64,000 nt of DNA from an uncultured Candidatus Saccharibacteria bacterium (GCA_964637575.1 CAZWVU010000003.1:65586-129585), one strand, 5' to 3'. Shown: positions 9,138 through 20,924, counted from the first letter of the stretch. Program-made: numbers and translations. Notes: a model not told the origin generated them from the letters alone.

Positions 9138-9200
9138 CGAACCCTCCTTCCCGCAGACAGGATTGTAGCCCGACGTCCTGGCGAGGAGAAGGAGGGTTCG
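9138..9200. repeat. 63-bp dispersed hairpin repeat, copy 1
   Basis: 60/63 identical to 57384-57446; stem CGAACCCTCCTTC / GAAGGAGGGTTCG. Confidence 0.9.
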
Positions 9201-9203
9201 CTG

Positions 9204-9230
9204 GAGATTGCCATGCAAGCTCGCAATGAC
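9204..9230. repeat. REP-like GATTGC...CTCGCAATGA element
   Basis: GAGATTGCCATGCAAGCTCGCAATGAC; related to 43974-44005. Confidence 0.6.
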
Positions 9231-9258
9231 GCAGGTGAAGTGTTAAAATAATTTCATC

Positions 9259-10533
9259 ATGCCGAAAGAATTTATCAAGAAAACTCTGAAGAATGGATTG
9301 CGGGTCATGATGATTCCGCGGCCGGACAGTCTCGCGACGACGGTGCTGGTGCTCGTGGAAGCCGGTTCCAAATACGAAACCAAGGACATCAACGGCATTT
9401 CCCATTTTCTGGAGCACATGTGTTTCAAGGGAACCACCAAGCGGAAGCGGGCGATCGACATTGCCGGGGAACTCGACAGCATCGGTTCGGAATACAACGC
9501 CTTCACCTCGCAGGAGTGGACGGGCTATTACGCGAAGGCGCAATCCAAGCACAATGACACGATCGTGGACGTGGTGACCGATCTCTATCTGAACCCGACG
9601 CTCGAGCCGGAGGAAATCGAAAAAGAGAAGGGCGTGGTGATTGAAGAGTTGAATATGTATGAAGACACGCCGCAGCGGAAAGTCCAGGATCTGTTTCTGG
9701 AATTACTGTATGGCGATCAGCCGGCCGGCTGGGATGTGGGCGGCACCAAGGAAGTCGTCCAAAGCCTGACCCGGGAGAAGATTATCAATTACCGCGCGAA
9801 GCATTACGTGGCGAAAGCGACGGTGGTGGTCATTTCCGGTAATTTTGACCAGAAGGAAATGCTACAGCGGCTTGAAGGCCATTTCCGCAATATCAGCACG
9901 GACAAGAAATTCGGAAAATTGAAAACGGTGGAATCGCAGGCCAAACCGAATATTCTTCTCCGGTACAAGGAATCTGACCAGACCCACATCGTACTGGGAA
10001 CGCGGGCGTTCGACGTCTTCGACAAGCGGAAATACGCTTTGGAAATTCTTGCTGATGTTCTGGGCGGGGGGATGAGCTCCCGGCTTTTCCAGCGGGTGCG
10101 GGAGCGGCTCGGCGCCGCCTATTATGTCCGCGCCGGCGCCGATCTTTTTACCGATCACGGCGTATTCTCGGTGTCTGCCGGCGTTGACCATAGAAAACTC
10201 GAGCAGGTGCTCAAGGCAATCCTTGAAGAGTTGCAGCATGTCGCCGAAGGCGAGCTTACTGAAAAGGAGCTGACCAGCGCCAAAGATCATCTGAGCGGCC
10301 GGATGCTACTCGGTCTCGAGACGTCCGACGCGCTGGCGATGTTTTACGGCGGACAGGAAATTCTGGAACGGACGATGCATGAGCCCAAAGATGTCGCCAA
10401 AGCGATCGCGAAGGTCAAAAAGAGCGAAGTGATCGCCGTGGCCAGGGACATTTTCAGGAATAATAAGCTCAATCTGGCGCTCATCGGACCGTTTAAGGAC
10501 AAGTCGGTGTTTGAGAAGATTTTACATTTTTAA
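9259..10533 (+). CDS. M16-family zinc peptidase
   Basis: TLKNGLRV, GISHFLEHMCFKGT (HxxEH), NAFTS, LGGGMSSRLFQ. Confidence 0.95.
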   Translation: MPKEFIKKTLKNGLRVMMIPRPDSLATTVLVLVEAGSKYETKDINGISHFLEHMCFKGTTKRKRAIDIAGELDSIGSEYNAFTSQEWTGYYAKAQSKHNDTIVDVVTDLYLNPTLEPEEIEKEKGVVIEELNMYEDTPQRKVQDLFLELLYGDQPAGWDVGGTKEVVQSLTREKIINYRAKHYVAKATVVVISGNFDQKEMLQRLEGHFRNISTDKKFGKLKTVESQAKPNILLRYKESDQTHIVLGTRAFDVFDKRKYALEILADVLGGGMSSRLFQRVRERLGAAYYVRAGADLFTDHGVFSVSAGVDHRKLEQVLKAILEELQHVAEGELTEKELTSAKDHLSGRMLLGLETSDALAMFYGGQEILERTMHEPKDVAKAIAKVKKSEVIAVARDIFRNNKLNLALIGPFKDKSVFEKILHF

Positions 10534-10562
10534 TAAAATATAGTTATATATAGGATATAGGA

Positions 10563-11582
10563 ATGGAATCGAAGGGGCTGACAATAAGCTGGGCAAGCCT
10601 GTGGCGGGTGTTGTTGATGCTCGTGCTGGCTTCAATTTTATTTATCGCGCGGGATATCCTGATCTCGCTGTTTTTGGCACTGGTCATTTCTTCGGCGCTT
10701 GATCCGATCGTCAGCTGGCTTGAGAAAAAGAAGATTCCCCGTCTGTTGAGTACGTTGGTGCTGTATATTGCGATGATCTTCTTTTTGGCGCTGGTCGCCT
10801 ACGCAGTCATTCCGATCGCGCTTTCCGAATTCAACAACTTTTTGACGAACATCGGAAAATATTCCGGCACGCTGTTCAACGTAATTAACGCTTCCGGGTT
10901 GATCGAATCGATCAACCAGACGCTCGCGAAGTTCACCAATCTGCTGTTGAGCGGGAGTACGTCGCTTCTGGATGTGGGGGTGAAGTTCCTCGGCGGTCTT
11001 TCGACGGTCATTTCGGTATTCATGCTTTCGTTTTACCTGACGGTCGGCAAGGACGGCGTGGAGCGCTTCTTCGTCACCATTCTTCCTGCGGTGTATGAAT
11101 CAAAAGCGCTCGGCCTCTATGGCCGGATCAAAAAGAAACTCGGCAGCTGGCTCGCCGGGCAGCTGGTCTTGAGCGGCATTTTCAGTCTGCTGGTATTCAT
11201 CGGACTCTCCATTCTTGGAGTGAAGTACAGTCTGTTGCTCGGCCTGCTTGCGGGCATCATGGAGCTCGTGCCGTTCGTCGGCCCGATCTTCAGCGGCAGC
11301 ATAGCGGTGCTGGTCGCGTTTACCACCTCGGTCCAGCTTGCGTTTTACGTGCTGATCCTGTTCGTTATCCTCCAGCAGCTTGAAGGAAACGTGCTGGTGG
11401 CGGCGGTCAGCAAATTCTCCACCGACATGGATCCGGTGGTGGTGATCGTCTCGATCCTGATCGGGGCCAAGGTATTCGGCATTGTGGGTTTGATTCTGGC
11501 GGTGCCGGCGGCGGTGCTTCTTCAGGAGGTGGTGTCCGACTGGTCGCAGATCAAAGCGCGCCGGCGTGGACTTGGTCTCTAA
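10563..11582 (+). CDS. AI-2E family transporter
   Basis: Multi-TM; LVPFVGP, QQLEGN, G..GLILAVPAA. Confidence 0.92.
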   Translation: MESKGLTISWASLWRVLLMLVLASILFIARDILISLFLALVISSALDPIVSWLEKKKIPRLLSTLVLYIAMIFFLALVAYAVIPIALSEFNNFLTNIGKYSGTLFNVINASGLIESINQTLAKFTNLLLSGSTSLLDVGVKFLGGLSTVISVFMLSFYLTVGKDGVERFFVTILPAVYESKALGLYGRIKKKLGSWLAGQLVLSGIFSLLVFIGLSILGVKYSLLLGLLAGIMELVPFVGPIFSGSIAVLVAFTTSVQLAFYVLILFVILQQLEGNVLVAAVSKFSTDMDPVVVIVSILIGAKVFGIVGLILAVPAAVLLQEVVSDWSQIKARRRGLGL

Positions 11583-11614
11583 AACCGCTATAATGAATAG
11601 CGGTTTTTAATTTT

Positions 11615-13078
11615 ATGAAAAAAACGTTTTATGTCACCACTTCCATACCGTACGTGAATTCGGCGCCCCATCTCGGGAATGTCCTGGATTCCGTATATGC
11701 CGACGTGCTGGCTCGCGACAGGCGGCAGCGTGGTTTTGACGTCCGGTTTCTGACGGGAAGCGATGAGCACGGCTCAAAAATCGCGCGAAGCGCGGCTGCC
11801 GCGGGTATCACGCCGCAGGAATTTGTCGACAAAAATTCGGAAAAATTCCGGGAGCTGAAGAAGATTTTGAATTTGTCATGGGATGATTTCATCCGCACCA
11901 GCGACCGGACGCGCCATTGGCCCGGCGCCCAGAAATTGTGGGACACGCTCGCGGCGGCGAGGGATTTGTATAAAAAAACCTACCGCGGACTGTACTGCGT
12001 CGGGCATGAGGCGTTTGTTACGGAAAAGGACCTGGAAAACGGCATCTGCAAAGATCACCAGAAGGCCCCAGAAGTTATCGAAGAGGAAAACTGGTTTTTC
12101 AAACTCTCGAAATATTCAAAGGAAATAGAGAAAAGAATTAACGATCAGGAATTAAAAATCATTCCGGAAAGCCGCGCGCATGAGATTCTGGCACTGCTCA
12201 AAGAAAGGTTGGAAGACATCAGTTTTTCCCGTCCCGCGAAGGATTTGAGCTGGGGCGTCCCGGTCCCCGGCGATCCGGGGCAGACAATGTATGTTTGGGC
12301 GGAGGCGCTGGTCAACTATATTTCGGCGCTGGGGTATGGAAGCGCCGACGAATCATTGTTCAGGAAATACTGGCGCGGCGCGGACGAGATCGTGCAGGTG
12401 ATCGGAAAAGACAACCTCCGGTTTCATGCGGCGATCTGGCCCGGCATGCTGCTCGCGGCCGGCCTGCCGCTTCCCAAAACAGTGTTTGTCCATGGATTTT
12501 TAACGGTAGACGGGAAAAAAATTTCCAAAACCGTCGGTAACGTGATCGATCCGGTGGCGCTGGTAAACAAATACGGGACCGATGCCGTCCGTTATTATCT
12601 GCTGAAAGAAATTTCCCCGTTTGAGGATGGTGATTTCAGCTATGAAAAGTTTGAAGCGCTCTACAATGGAGACCTTGCCAACGGACTCGGCAATTTCGCG
12701 GCGCGCGTGCTCACACTCGGAGAAAAGTTGGGCAACGTGAGCGTGGATTCCAAAAAGGAAACCAGGAAAGAGGTAGCCGCGAAAATAGAATCGGTGAAAA
12801 AAGAATCTGAAGAAAAGCTGGCCGCATGTAAGTTCAACGAAGCGCTGGCGGCGGTCTGGCAACTGATTCATTTTGGAGACGCCTATGTGAACGCGGAGAA
12901 GCCCTGGGAGGGTAACAAGAAGGACGTGATTTTGAACGCGATCGTGCTTTTGGACAATGTCGCGGCCCTGCTCACACCATTCCTGCCGGCGGCCTCCGAA
13001 AAGATCACCGGCGCGATCCGCTGGTCCGGCACTACTTTGGAAATAAAAAGACCCGGGGTGTTATTCCCGCGGGTCTAA
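11615..13078 (+). CDS. metG: Methionine--tRNA ligase
   Basis: FYVTTSIPYVN..PHLGN, LTGSDEHGSKI, YVWAEAL, IGKDNLRFH, KISKT. Confidence 0.96.
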   Translation: MKKTFYVTTSIPYVNSAPHLGNVLDSVYADVLARDRRQRGFDVRFLTGSDEHGSKIARSAAAAGITPQEFVDKNSEKFRELKKILNLSWDDFIRTSDRTRHWPGAQKLWDTLAAARDLYKKTYRGLYCVGHEAFVTEKDLENGICKDHQKAPEVIEEENWFFKLSKYSKEIEKRINDQELKIIPESRAHEILALLKERLEDISFSRPAKDLSWGVPVPGDPGQTMYVWAEALVNYISALGYGSADESLFRKYWRGADEIVQVIGKDNLRFHAAIWPGMLLAAGLPLPKTVFVHGFLTVDGKKISKTVGNVIDPVALVNKYGTDAVRYYLLKEISPFEDGDFSYEKFEALYNGDLANGLGNFAARVLTLGEKLGNVSVDSKKETRKEVAAKIESVKKESEEKLAACKFNEALAAVWQLIHFGDAYVNAEKPWEGNKKDVILNAIVLLDNVAALLTPFLPAASEKITGAIRWSGTTLEIKRPGVLFPRV

Positions 13079-13082
13079 GATT

Positions 13083-13276
13083 TTGGGGTGGCTAAAGAAC
13101 AGGGCCGTCCTCTTCCAGGATTAGAAATGGGAACGGAGGGGAGGGGGAGCAGCACCACATTCGTTGAACCAGCCGATGACCGGTCAGATCATCTATCCGC
13201 CGCGCGCATCCGATTCCTTCGCGCATCGCTGCGCTCAGAACGTGGAGCGCGCACGGAACCTAATTCGCCACCCCAA
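13083..13276. other. Structured intergenic element or ncRNA candidate
   Basis: Terminal stem TTGGGGTGGC/GCCACCCCAA continued by AGG-CCGT/ACGG-CCT, with internal hairpins. Confidence 0.45.
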
Positions 13277-13314
13277 GTTTTACTATTCAAAAGAGCGAGT
13301 GTAATATAGCACAT

Positions 13315-14145
13315 ATGCTTTTTGATGTACACACCCACGTCCATTTCCCGATTTACGATAAGGACCGGTCCGACGTTATGAAGCGGGCGCGGGAAGCAGG
13401 AGTAAAAATGATCCTGGTCGGCACACAGGCTTCCACTTCGGCATCAGCCATCGCGCTGGCCGAGAAAAACCCCAAAGACGCCTGGGCAACGGCCGGTTTC
13501 CATCCGAATCACCTCGCGGAAGAGTGGTATCACGACAAAAAAGAACAATCCGCCGGCGAGCCTGAGCAATTTGATATTGACCGACTTCGGGAACTGGCCG
13601 AGCACCCGAAGGTGGTTGCGATCGGCGAATGCGGGCTGGATTATTACCGGCTGGAAAATAACCGCGAGGCGCAGATCAAAAAACAAAAAGCCGCCCTTGA
13701 AGCCCAGATTGAACTCGCGGCGTCGCTGGGCAAGCCGCTGATGATGCACAATCGCCCGTCCAAAGGAAACGATGATGCTTACGAGGACGCGCTGGCGATC
13801 CTGAAGTCCTCTAAGACAGGCGTGGATAAGATCTGCCATTTTTACGTCGGCTCGCTTGCGATCACCCGCCAGTTGGCGGAGGCGGGATTTTATTTTACCT
13901 TTGGCGGGGTTATTACCTTTTCCCGCGACTATGATGAGGTTATAAAATACATTCCGCTGGACCGGATTCTCCTGGAAACCGACGCGCCGTATGTCGCGCC
14001 CGAGCCGTACCGCGGCCGCCGCAACGAGCCCGCATATATTATTGAAACTGCGAAAGTGCTTGCCCAGATCAAAGAAACAGATTTCGAAAAAGTTTCCGAG
14101 CAGACGACTGCCAACGTCTTGAAAGTTTTCCGGATTAAGGTATGA
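13315..14145 (+). CDS. tatD: TatD-family DNase
   Basis: DVHTH, GFHP, VAIGECGLDY, ILLETDAPY, RNEP. Confidence 0.95.
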   Translation: MLFDVHTHVHFPIYDKDRSDVMKRAREAGVKMILVGTQASTSASAIALAEKNPKDAWATAGFHPNHLAEEWYHDKKEQSAGEPEQFDIDRLRELAEHPKVVAIGECGLDYYRLENNREAQIKKQKAALEAQIELAASLGKPLMMHNRPSKGNDDAYEDALAILKSSKTGVDKICHFYVGSLAITRQLAEAGFYFTFGGVITFSRDYDEVIKYIPLDRILLETDAPYVAPEPYRGRRNEPAYIIETAKVLAQIKETDFEKVSEQTTANVLKVFRIKV

Positions 14146-14171
14146 TCTTGGCAGTTCTATAAGGAGGCTTC

Positions 14172-14516
14172 ATGATCAACGGGGAAAGACTCGTTGCCGC
14201 GATTGCGGAACTCGTCCAACTGACGAATGCACGCGCGGTGCATTGGACCGGCGGAGATATGACCGTCTGGAAGTGTCAACATCGAGATATGGAAATTCTT
14301 GTTTGGTGGTACCAGGACGACAAGCCTTCGATTCACATCGGCGGCGGTCATATCCAAGGCTATGAATTCGGGATCCAGGAATTGCTTAATACTATCCGTG
14401 CCCAGCAATCGGCGATCGAGGACGCACCGGCTTTCGAAGCGCGGCGCGCTGTCGAGCAGGAAACCAATGCCGCCAAACTGAACAGGGCGGTCGAGCAGCT
14501 TCTCAAGAAGGCTTGA
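14172..14516 (+). CDS. Hypothetical protein
   Basis: 114-aa ORF after AAGGAGG. Confidence 0.7.
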   Translation: MINGERLVAAIAELVQLTNARAVHWTGGDMTVWKCQHRDMEILVWWYQDDKPSIHIGGGHIQGYEFGIQELLNTIRAQQSAIEDAPAFEARRAVEQETNAAKLNRAVEQLLKKA

Positions 14517-14531
14517 AGGAGGAATAAGTTC

Positions 14532-14948
14532 ATGACCGGTAAGAAGTACAGCATCGTATCCTGCGATCTTATGTTCGATAATGCCGAGGTGGAGAGAGCG
14601 TTGCTTGATCATCCCGATATTGCAGAGGCGGCGCTGCGTACCATGCCGGATAGCCGATACAAGGAACGCGGCCAAGTCCTGGTCCTCTACCTTCGTTTGA
14701 AGGGCGAGCTCGCAGACAAGCAATGGTATATTCTCGCCGAGCTGGATGCGTTCCGCAACCACATAAAGGACCATCTGAAGTCACGCTTGGGGATTCCGGC
14801 CAATACGCTCGTGCTCGTGCCCCTCCCCATCATTGTCCAGATCGTGAAGCTGCACGAGGGAAACCTTTCGGAGGCGGCCGACAGGAAGATCAAGGAACTG
14901 GAAAAGAGGTTCGCCGAAGACAAGACCTTGCGCTATCACCAGGTGTAG
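14532..14948 (+). CDS. Hypothetical protein resembling a stand-alone AMP-binding enzyme C-terminal domain
   Basis: AEVERALLDHPDIAEAA..MPD...GQVLVLYL; AAGGAGG upstream; terminator at 14947-14972. Confidence 0.6.
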   Translation: MTGKKYSIVSCDLMFDNAEVERALLDHPDIAEAALRTMPDSRYKERGQVLVLYLRLKGELADKQWYILAELDAFRNHIKDHLKSRLGIPANTLVLVPLPIIVQIVKLHEGNLSEAADRKIKELEKRFAEDKTLRYHQV

Positions 14949-15007
14949 CCGACTTACAAAGTCGGCTTTTTTAATTCACAGAAATCCCTTAAAATAGAGG
15001 AAACGTG

Positions 15008-17344
<2,337 letters not shown>

Positions 17345-17380
17345 GGCATAGTAAAGCCAGAAATTTGAAGGGGTTGCTGG

Positions 17381-17614
17381 ATGGCCAGGAAGACGACGGA
17401 ACTGAAGACCTGTCCGATCTGCGAAGGCGTGTCAGTGAACGCTCCGAAGTCCGTCCGCACAGAATGGCGGGAACGGTTCTTCGATGCCGAACAGAAGGGC
17501 GAAAAGATTTTTAAGCAGGTTCGTAAAGCGATCCTTAAGGAAATGGACGCATTCCGGCCCTGCGCGTTTTGCAATGAAGGCCGGGTTCCAGTGACCGGTC
17601 GGGACCGGAGGTAA
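17381..17614 (+). CDS. Small zinc-finger protein (CxxCxG...CxxCxxG)
   Basis: CPICEG and CAFCNEG; 77 aa. Confidence 0.7.
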   Translation: MARKTTELKTCPICEGVSVNAPKSVRTEWRERFFDAEQKGEKIFKQVRKAILKEMDAFRPCAFCNEGRVPVTGRDRR

Positions 17615-17616
17615 AT

Positions 17617-17877
17617 ATGGAAATCTGGCTGGTGCGAATCTGCAAATTCTGCCAGGGAGTCGGCGTACAGGCAGTGCGCCCCGAATATGAAAAATGGCGG
17701 AACGCAATGCTCACCTTTATCAAAAAAACCTGCGCCAGGGAAAAGCTGGATGACCGTACGCTTGCCGCAATGGTAGTCCGCTTCTCCAACCAGTTCACGA
17801 AAAACAGAAAGAAGTGTTCCTGGTGCGAAGGGAAGGGAATTTTCAAACCCGAACTTTTTTCCGATGAAAAAATCTGA
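17617..17877 (+). CDS. Small zinc-finger protein with DnaJ-like CxxCxGxG pair
   Basis: CKFCQGVG and CSWCEGKG; GGAGG upstream. Confidence 0.75.
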   Translation: MEIWLVRICKFCQGVGVQAVRPEYEKWRNAMLTFIKKTCAREKLDDRTLAAMVVRFSNQFTKNRKKCSWCEGKGIFKPELFSDEKI

Positions 17878-17928
17878 AATCATCCGCGATTGACGGATGA
17901 TTTTTGTTATATACTGAAAATATACCTT

Positions 17929-19722
17929 ATGTGTGGAATCGCCGGATATATAGGAAAGAAAGAAGCCCTGCCGATTGTCTTCGCGAATTTGCGGAAACTG
18001 GAATACCGGGGCTACGATTCGGCGGGCGTGGCTTTTTTTGTGAACCGGGGGAAAAACCTCGATGTCCGGGTCATTAAAAAAGCGGGGAAGATAGACGTGC
18101 TGGAGGGCGCCATCAAAGACGAAACTTCCTGGCCGGCTACCGCGGCGATCGCGCATTCCCGGTGGGCGACCCACGGGGTTCCCAATGAACCGAACGCGCA
18201 TCCTCATTTTGACTGCAAAAAAGAAATTTTCCTTGTCCACAACGGCATTATCGAAAATTACCGGGAACTGAAGGAGGGGCTTGCGCAAAAGGGACACCGC
18301 TTCCGTTCCCAGACCGATACCGAAGTCATTGCTCATTGCATAGAAGAGTACGGTTTTCAGGCGGCGCTGAAAAAGATAAAAGGCGCATACGCCCTGGCGG
18401 TAATTTTCAAAAAACAGCCGGGCACTCTTTATTGCGCCCGTCTCGGCAGTCCGCTGGTGGTGGGAGTCGGGGACGGCGAATATTATCTCGCTTCAGACCC
18501 GACTGCGCTTGCGGGAATCGTAAAAAAAGTAATCTATCTCAAGGACCATCAGCATGGAACCCTTTCGCTCGACGGCTTGGTGATCGGTCCGGATAAGCCG
18601 AAAATAGAAAAGCTGGAAATCAGCGCCGAGGAAGCCAAAAAAGGAAACTTCCCGCACTTTATGCTCAAGGAGATATTCGAGGGTCCGGAAGTGATCGCGG
18701 CCACGCTCCGCGGGCGTCTTGACCCAGCAAAGGGAGGGGTGCGGCTTGGCGGACTGGAAGAAGTGGCGTCCAGGCTTCGGAAGCTTACCCAAATGGAAAT
18801 TCTGGCCTGCGGCACTTCGTATTATGCCGGACTTGTCGGAGAGCTTCTTTTGGAAGAACTTTCCGATCTTCCTGTGGAAACCATCCTGGCTTCGGAATAC
18901 CGGTACCGGAAGAACCCTGTCCGTCCGGGAACCGGCGCGCTCTTCATATCCCAATCCGGCGAAACGGCCGACACGCTGGCGGCGCTCCGCAAAGCGGGCG
19001 CAAACAAATTCCTGACCCTTGGCATTGTGAACGTGGTCGGGTCGAGCATTGCCCGGGAAACCGATGCGGGTGTTTATAACCAGATCGGTCCGGAAATCGG
19101 CGTCGCCTCCACGAAGGCGTTTTTGTCCCAGCTGGGCGTCCTCACCCTCATCGCGCTCTATCTTAGTAAGAATCATGCCTTGCGGCGCGAGCTGGTTCGC
19201 GAACTGGCGGGGATACCGGCGAAAATCGGCGCGGTACTCAAACAGGGGCCGCGCATACAGAAACTTGCCGCGCGTTACGCGGAGCATAATAACTTTCTCT
19301 ATCTGGGACGGGGGTATAATTATCCCACGGCGCTGGAGGGAGCACTTAAAATAAAAGAAATTGCCTATGTGCACGCCGAAGGTTACGCGGGAGGGGAAAT
19401 GAAGCACGGGCCGATCGCGATGGTTGATGCCCGGTTTCCGACCATCGCCCTGGCGACGCGGAACAGCGTCTATGACAAAATGATCTCAAACCTTCAGGAA
19501 ATCAAAGCCCGTTCAGGGCCGGTGATCGCGATCGCCACCGAGGGTGATGACAGTATCAGAAAAATCGCGGACGACGTATTGTATGTCCCGAAAACCCACG
19601 AAATGCTGGAGCCGCTTATCAATATCGTGCCGCTTCAATTATTCGCCTATTACTTCGGGGTATCCAGGGGTTACGATGTAGATAAGCCGAGAAATCTTGC
19701 CAAGTCGGTCACAGTCGAGTAA
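17929..19722 (+). CDS. glmS: Glutamine--fructose-6-phosphate aminotransferase
   Basis: MCGIAG, LEYRGYDSAG, HSRWATHG, SQSGETADT, PRNLAKSVTVE. Confidence 0.98.
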   Translation: MCGIAGYIGKKEALPIVFANLRKLEYRGYDSAGVAFFVNRGKNLDVRVIKKAGKIDVLEGAIKDETSWPATAAIAHSRWATHGVPNEPNAHPHFDCKKEIFLVHNGIIENYRELKEGLAQKGHRFRSQTDTEVIAHCIEEYGFQAALKKIKGAYALAVIFKKQPGTLYCARLGSPLVVGVGDGEYYLASDPTALAGIVKKVIYLKDHQHGTLSLDGLVIGPDKPKIEKLEISAEEAKKGNFPHFMLKEIFEGPEVIAATLRGRLDPAKGGVRLGGLEEVASRLRKLTQMEILACGTSYYAGLVGELLLEELSDLPVETILASEYRYRKNPVRPGTGALFISQSGETADTLAALRKAGANKFLTLGIVNVVGSSIARETDAGVYNQIGPEIGVASTKAFLSQLGVLTLIALYLSKNHALRRELVRELAGIPAKIGAVLKQGPRIQKLAARYAEHNNFLYLGRGYNYPTALEGALKIKEIAYVHAEGYAGGEMKHGPIAMVDARFPTIALATRNSVYDKMISNLQEIKARSGPVIAIATEGDDSIRKIADDVLYVPKTHEMLEPLINIVPLQLFAYYFGVSRGYDVDKPRNLAKSVTVE

Positions 19723-19735
19723 TATAGTTCACGTT

Positions 19736-19903
19736 ATGAAATATCTCGGTTTAATTTTAGGGCTGTGCTTCGTGGTCTACGCGGCGTTCGCGATGTACAC
19801 CTACACACCCGCGATGATCAAGGGGGCAAAGCTTGCCGCCGTGGACATTTTTAATCTTCTCCAATCCACCACCAACAAAACCGCCGTTACTTCCTCTCGG
19901 TAA
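19736..19903 (+). CDS. Possible small membrane protein, 55 aa
   Basis: MKYLGLILGLCFVVYAAFAMY; -10-like TAATAT just upstream. Confidence 0.45.
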   Translation: MKYLGLILGLCFVVYAAFAMYTYTPAMIKGAKLAAVDIFNLLQSTTNKTAVTSSR

Positions 19904-20924
19904 GCTTTACCTTCGCGTTCATTGTCTTTTTTCCGCGCATCACCTTGAATTCCAGCACGTCACCCACATTTTTGTCCTCCAGGATATCCTGAATCGTATT
20001 TTTTTCCGTGATTTTTTGGCCGTTGCATTCAAGAATGATATCCCGTTCTTTTAATTTGGCTTTGTCGGCAGGACTTCCCGGAATGATTGCTTCCGCGTGG
20101 GGTTTTTGCCCGACGATCATCGCCCCGTAACTTACCGGAAGCTTGAGCCGCGCCTGCATGTCTTCGTTGATATTCATATACCGGAGGCCAAGCAGCGGCC
20201 GCTTGATCCGGCCGAACTCTTTCACGTCCGCGAGATCGCGTTTGGCGTAATTTACCGGGATGGCGAATCCGAGATTCTGCGCGCCGAAGACGATTGCCGC
20301 GTTGATGCCGATTGCTTCACCGTTGAGATTTACCAGCGGGCCGCCGGAATTTCCCGGATTGATCGCCGCGTCGGTCTGGATCAAGCCGCGCAGTTCCTGG
20401 GGAGCGACCATCGGCGCGGTGGCGGCGCGGATAGAGCGGGAAAGACCGGAGATGATGCCGAGGGACACGGTATTTTTGAAAATACCGAGTGCGTTGCCGA
20501 TGGCCAGGACGGTTTCGCCCAGCTCCAGTCCGGTGGATTCGCCGAGCTTCACCGTCGGCAAATCCTTGCCCTCAATTTTCAAAATTGCCACATCGTCAAC
20601 CGGGTCGCGGGCAAGCACCTTTGCCGTGTATTTATGATCGTCATGAGTCATCACCGTGTATTCGGCATTAGGATCGACGACCACATGTTTATTCGTAAGA
20701 ATGATGCCGGATGGGTCAACGATAAAGCCGGAGCCGCCGCCGATCTTGATCATGCCGTGGGCGTCAATTTCTTCTTCCGGAATATCAAGATGAGGATGTC
20801 CGAAAGGCAGGAAGGGGAGGATTTCCGGCGGAATCTCTTTTTCAAGGTTTTCCAGACTTTTGGAAATGACAATGGACACTACCGACGGCATAACTTTTTT
20901 AATTGTTTCTTTAATAGTCATCAT
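19887..20924 (-). CDS. htrA: HtrA/DegP-family serine protease with PDZ domain
   Basis: GGGSGFIV, LTNKHVV, IQTDAAINPGNSGGPL, GSPADKAKL; start MMTIKE after TATAAT. Confidence 0.93.
   Translation of the reverse strand: MMTIKETIKKVMPSVVSIVISKSLENLEKEIPPEILPFLPFGHPHLDIPEEEIDAHGMIKIGGGSGFIVDPSGIILTNKHVVVDPNAEYTVMTHDDHKYTAKVLARDPVDDVAILKIEGKDLPTVKLGESTGLELGETVLAIGNALGIFKNTVSLGIISGLSRSIRAATAPMVAPQELRGLIQTDAAINPGNSGGPLVNLNGEAIGINAAIVFGAQNLGFAIPVNYAKRDLADVKEFGRIKRPLLGLRYMNINEDMQARLKLPVSYGAMIVGQKPHAEAIIPGSPADKAKLKERDIILECNGQKITEKNTIQDILEDKNVGDVLEFKVMRGKKTMNAKVKLTERK

Noticed and set aside
13110-13160. SRP RNA, suggested by CCAGG...GGAGCAGC
   Set aside because: The spacing does not fit the domain IV GNRA-tetraloop hairpin, so the region is left as an unknown structure.
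17878-17928. glmS ribozyme, and T-box leaders upstream of valS, glyS, metG and leuS
   Set aside because: The upstream regions are too short or AT-rich, and no ribozyme core or T-box motif is visible.
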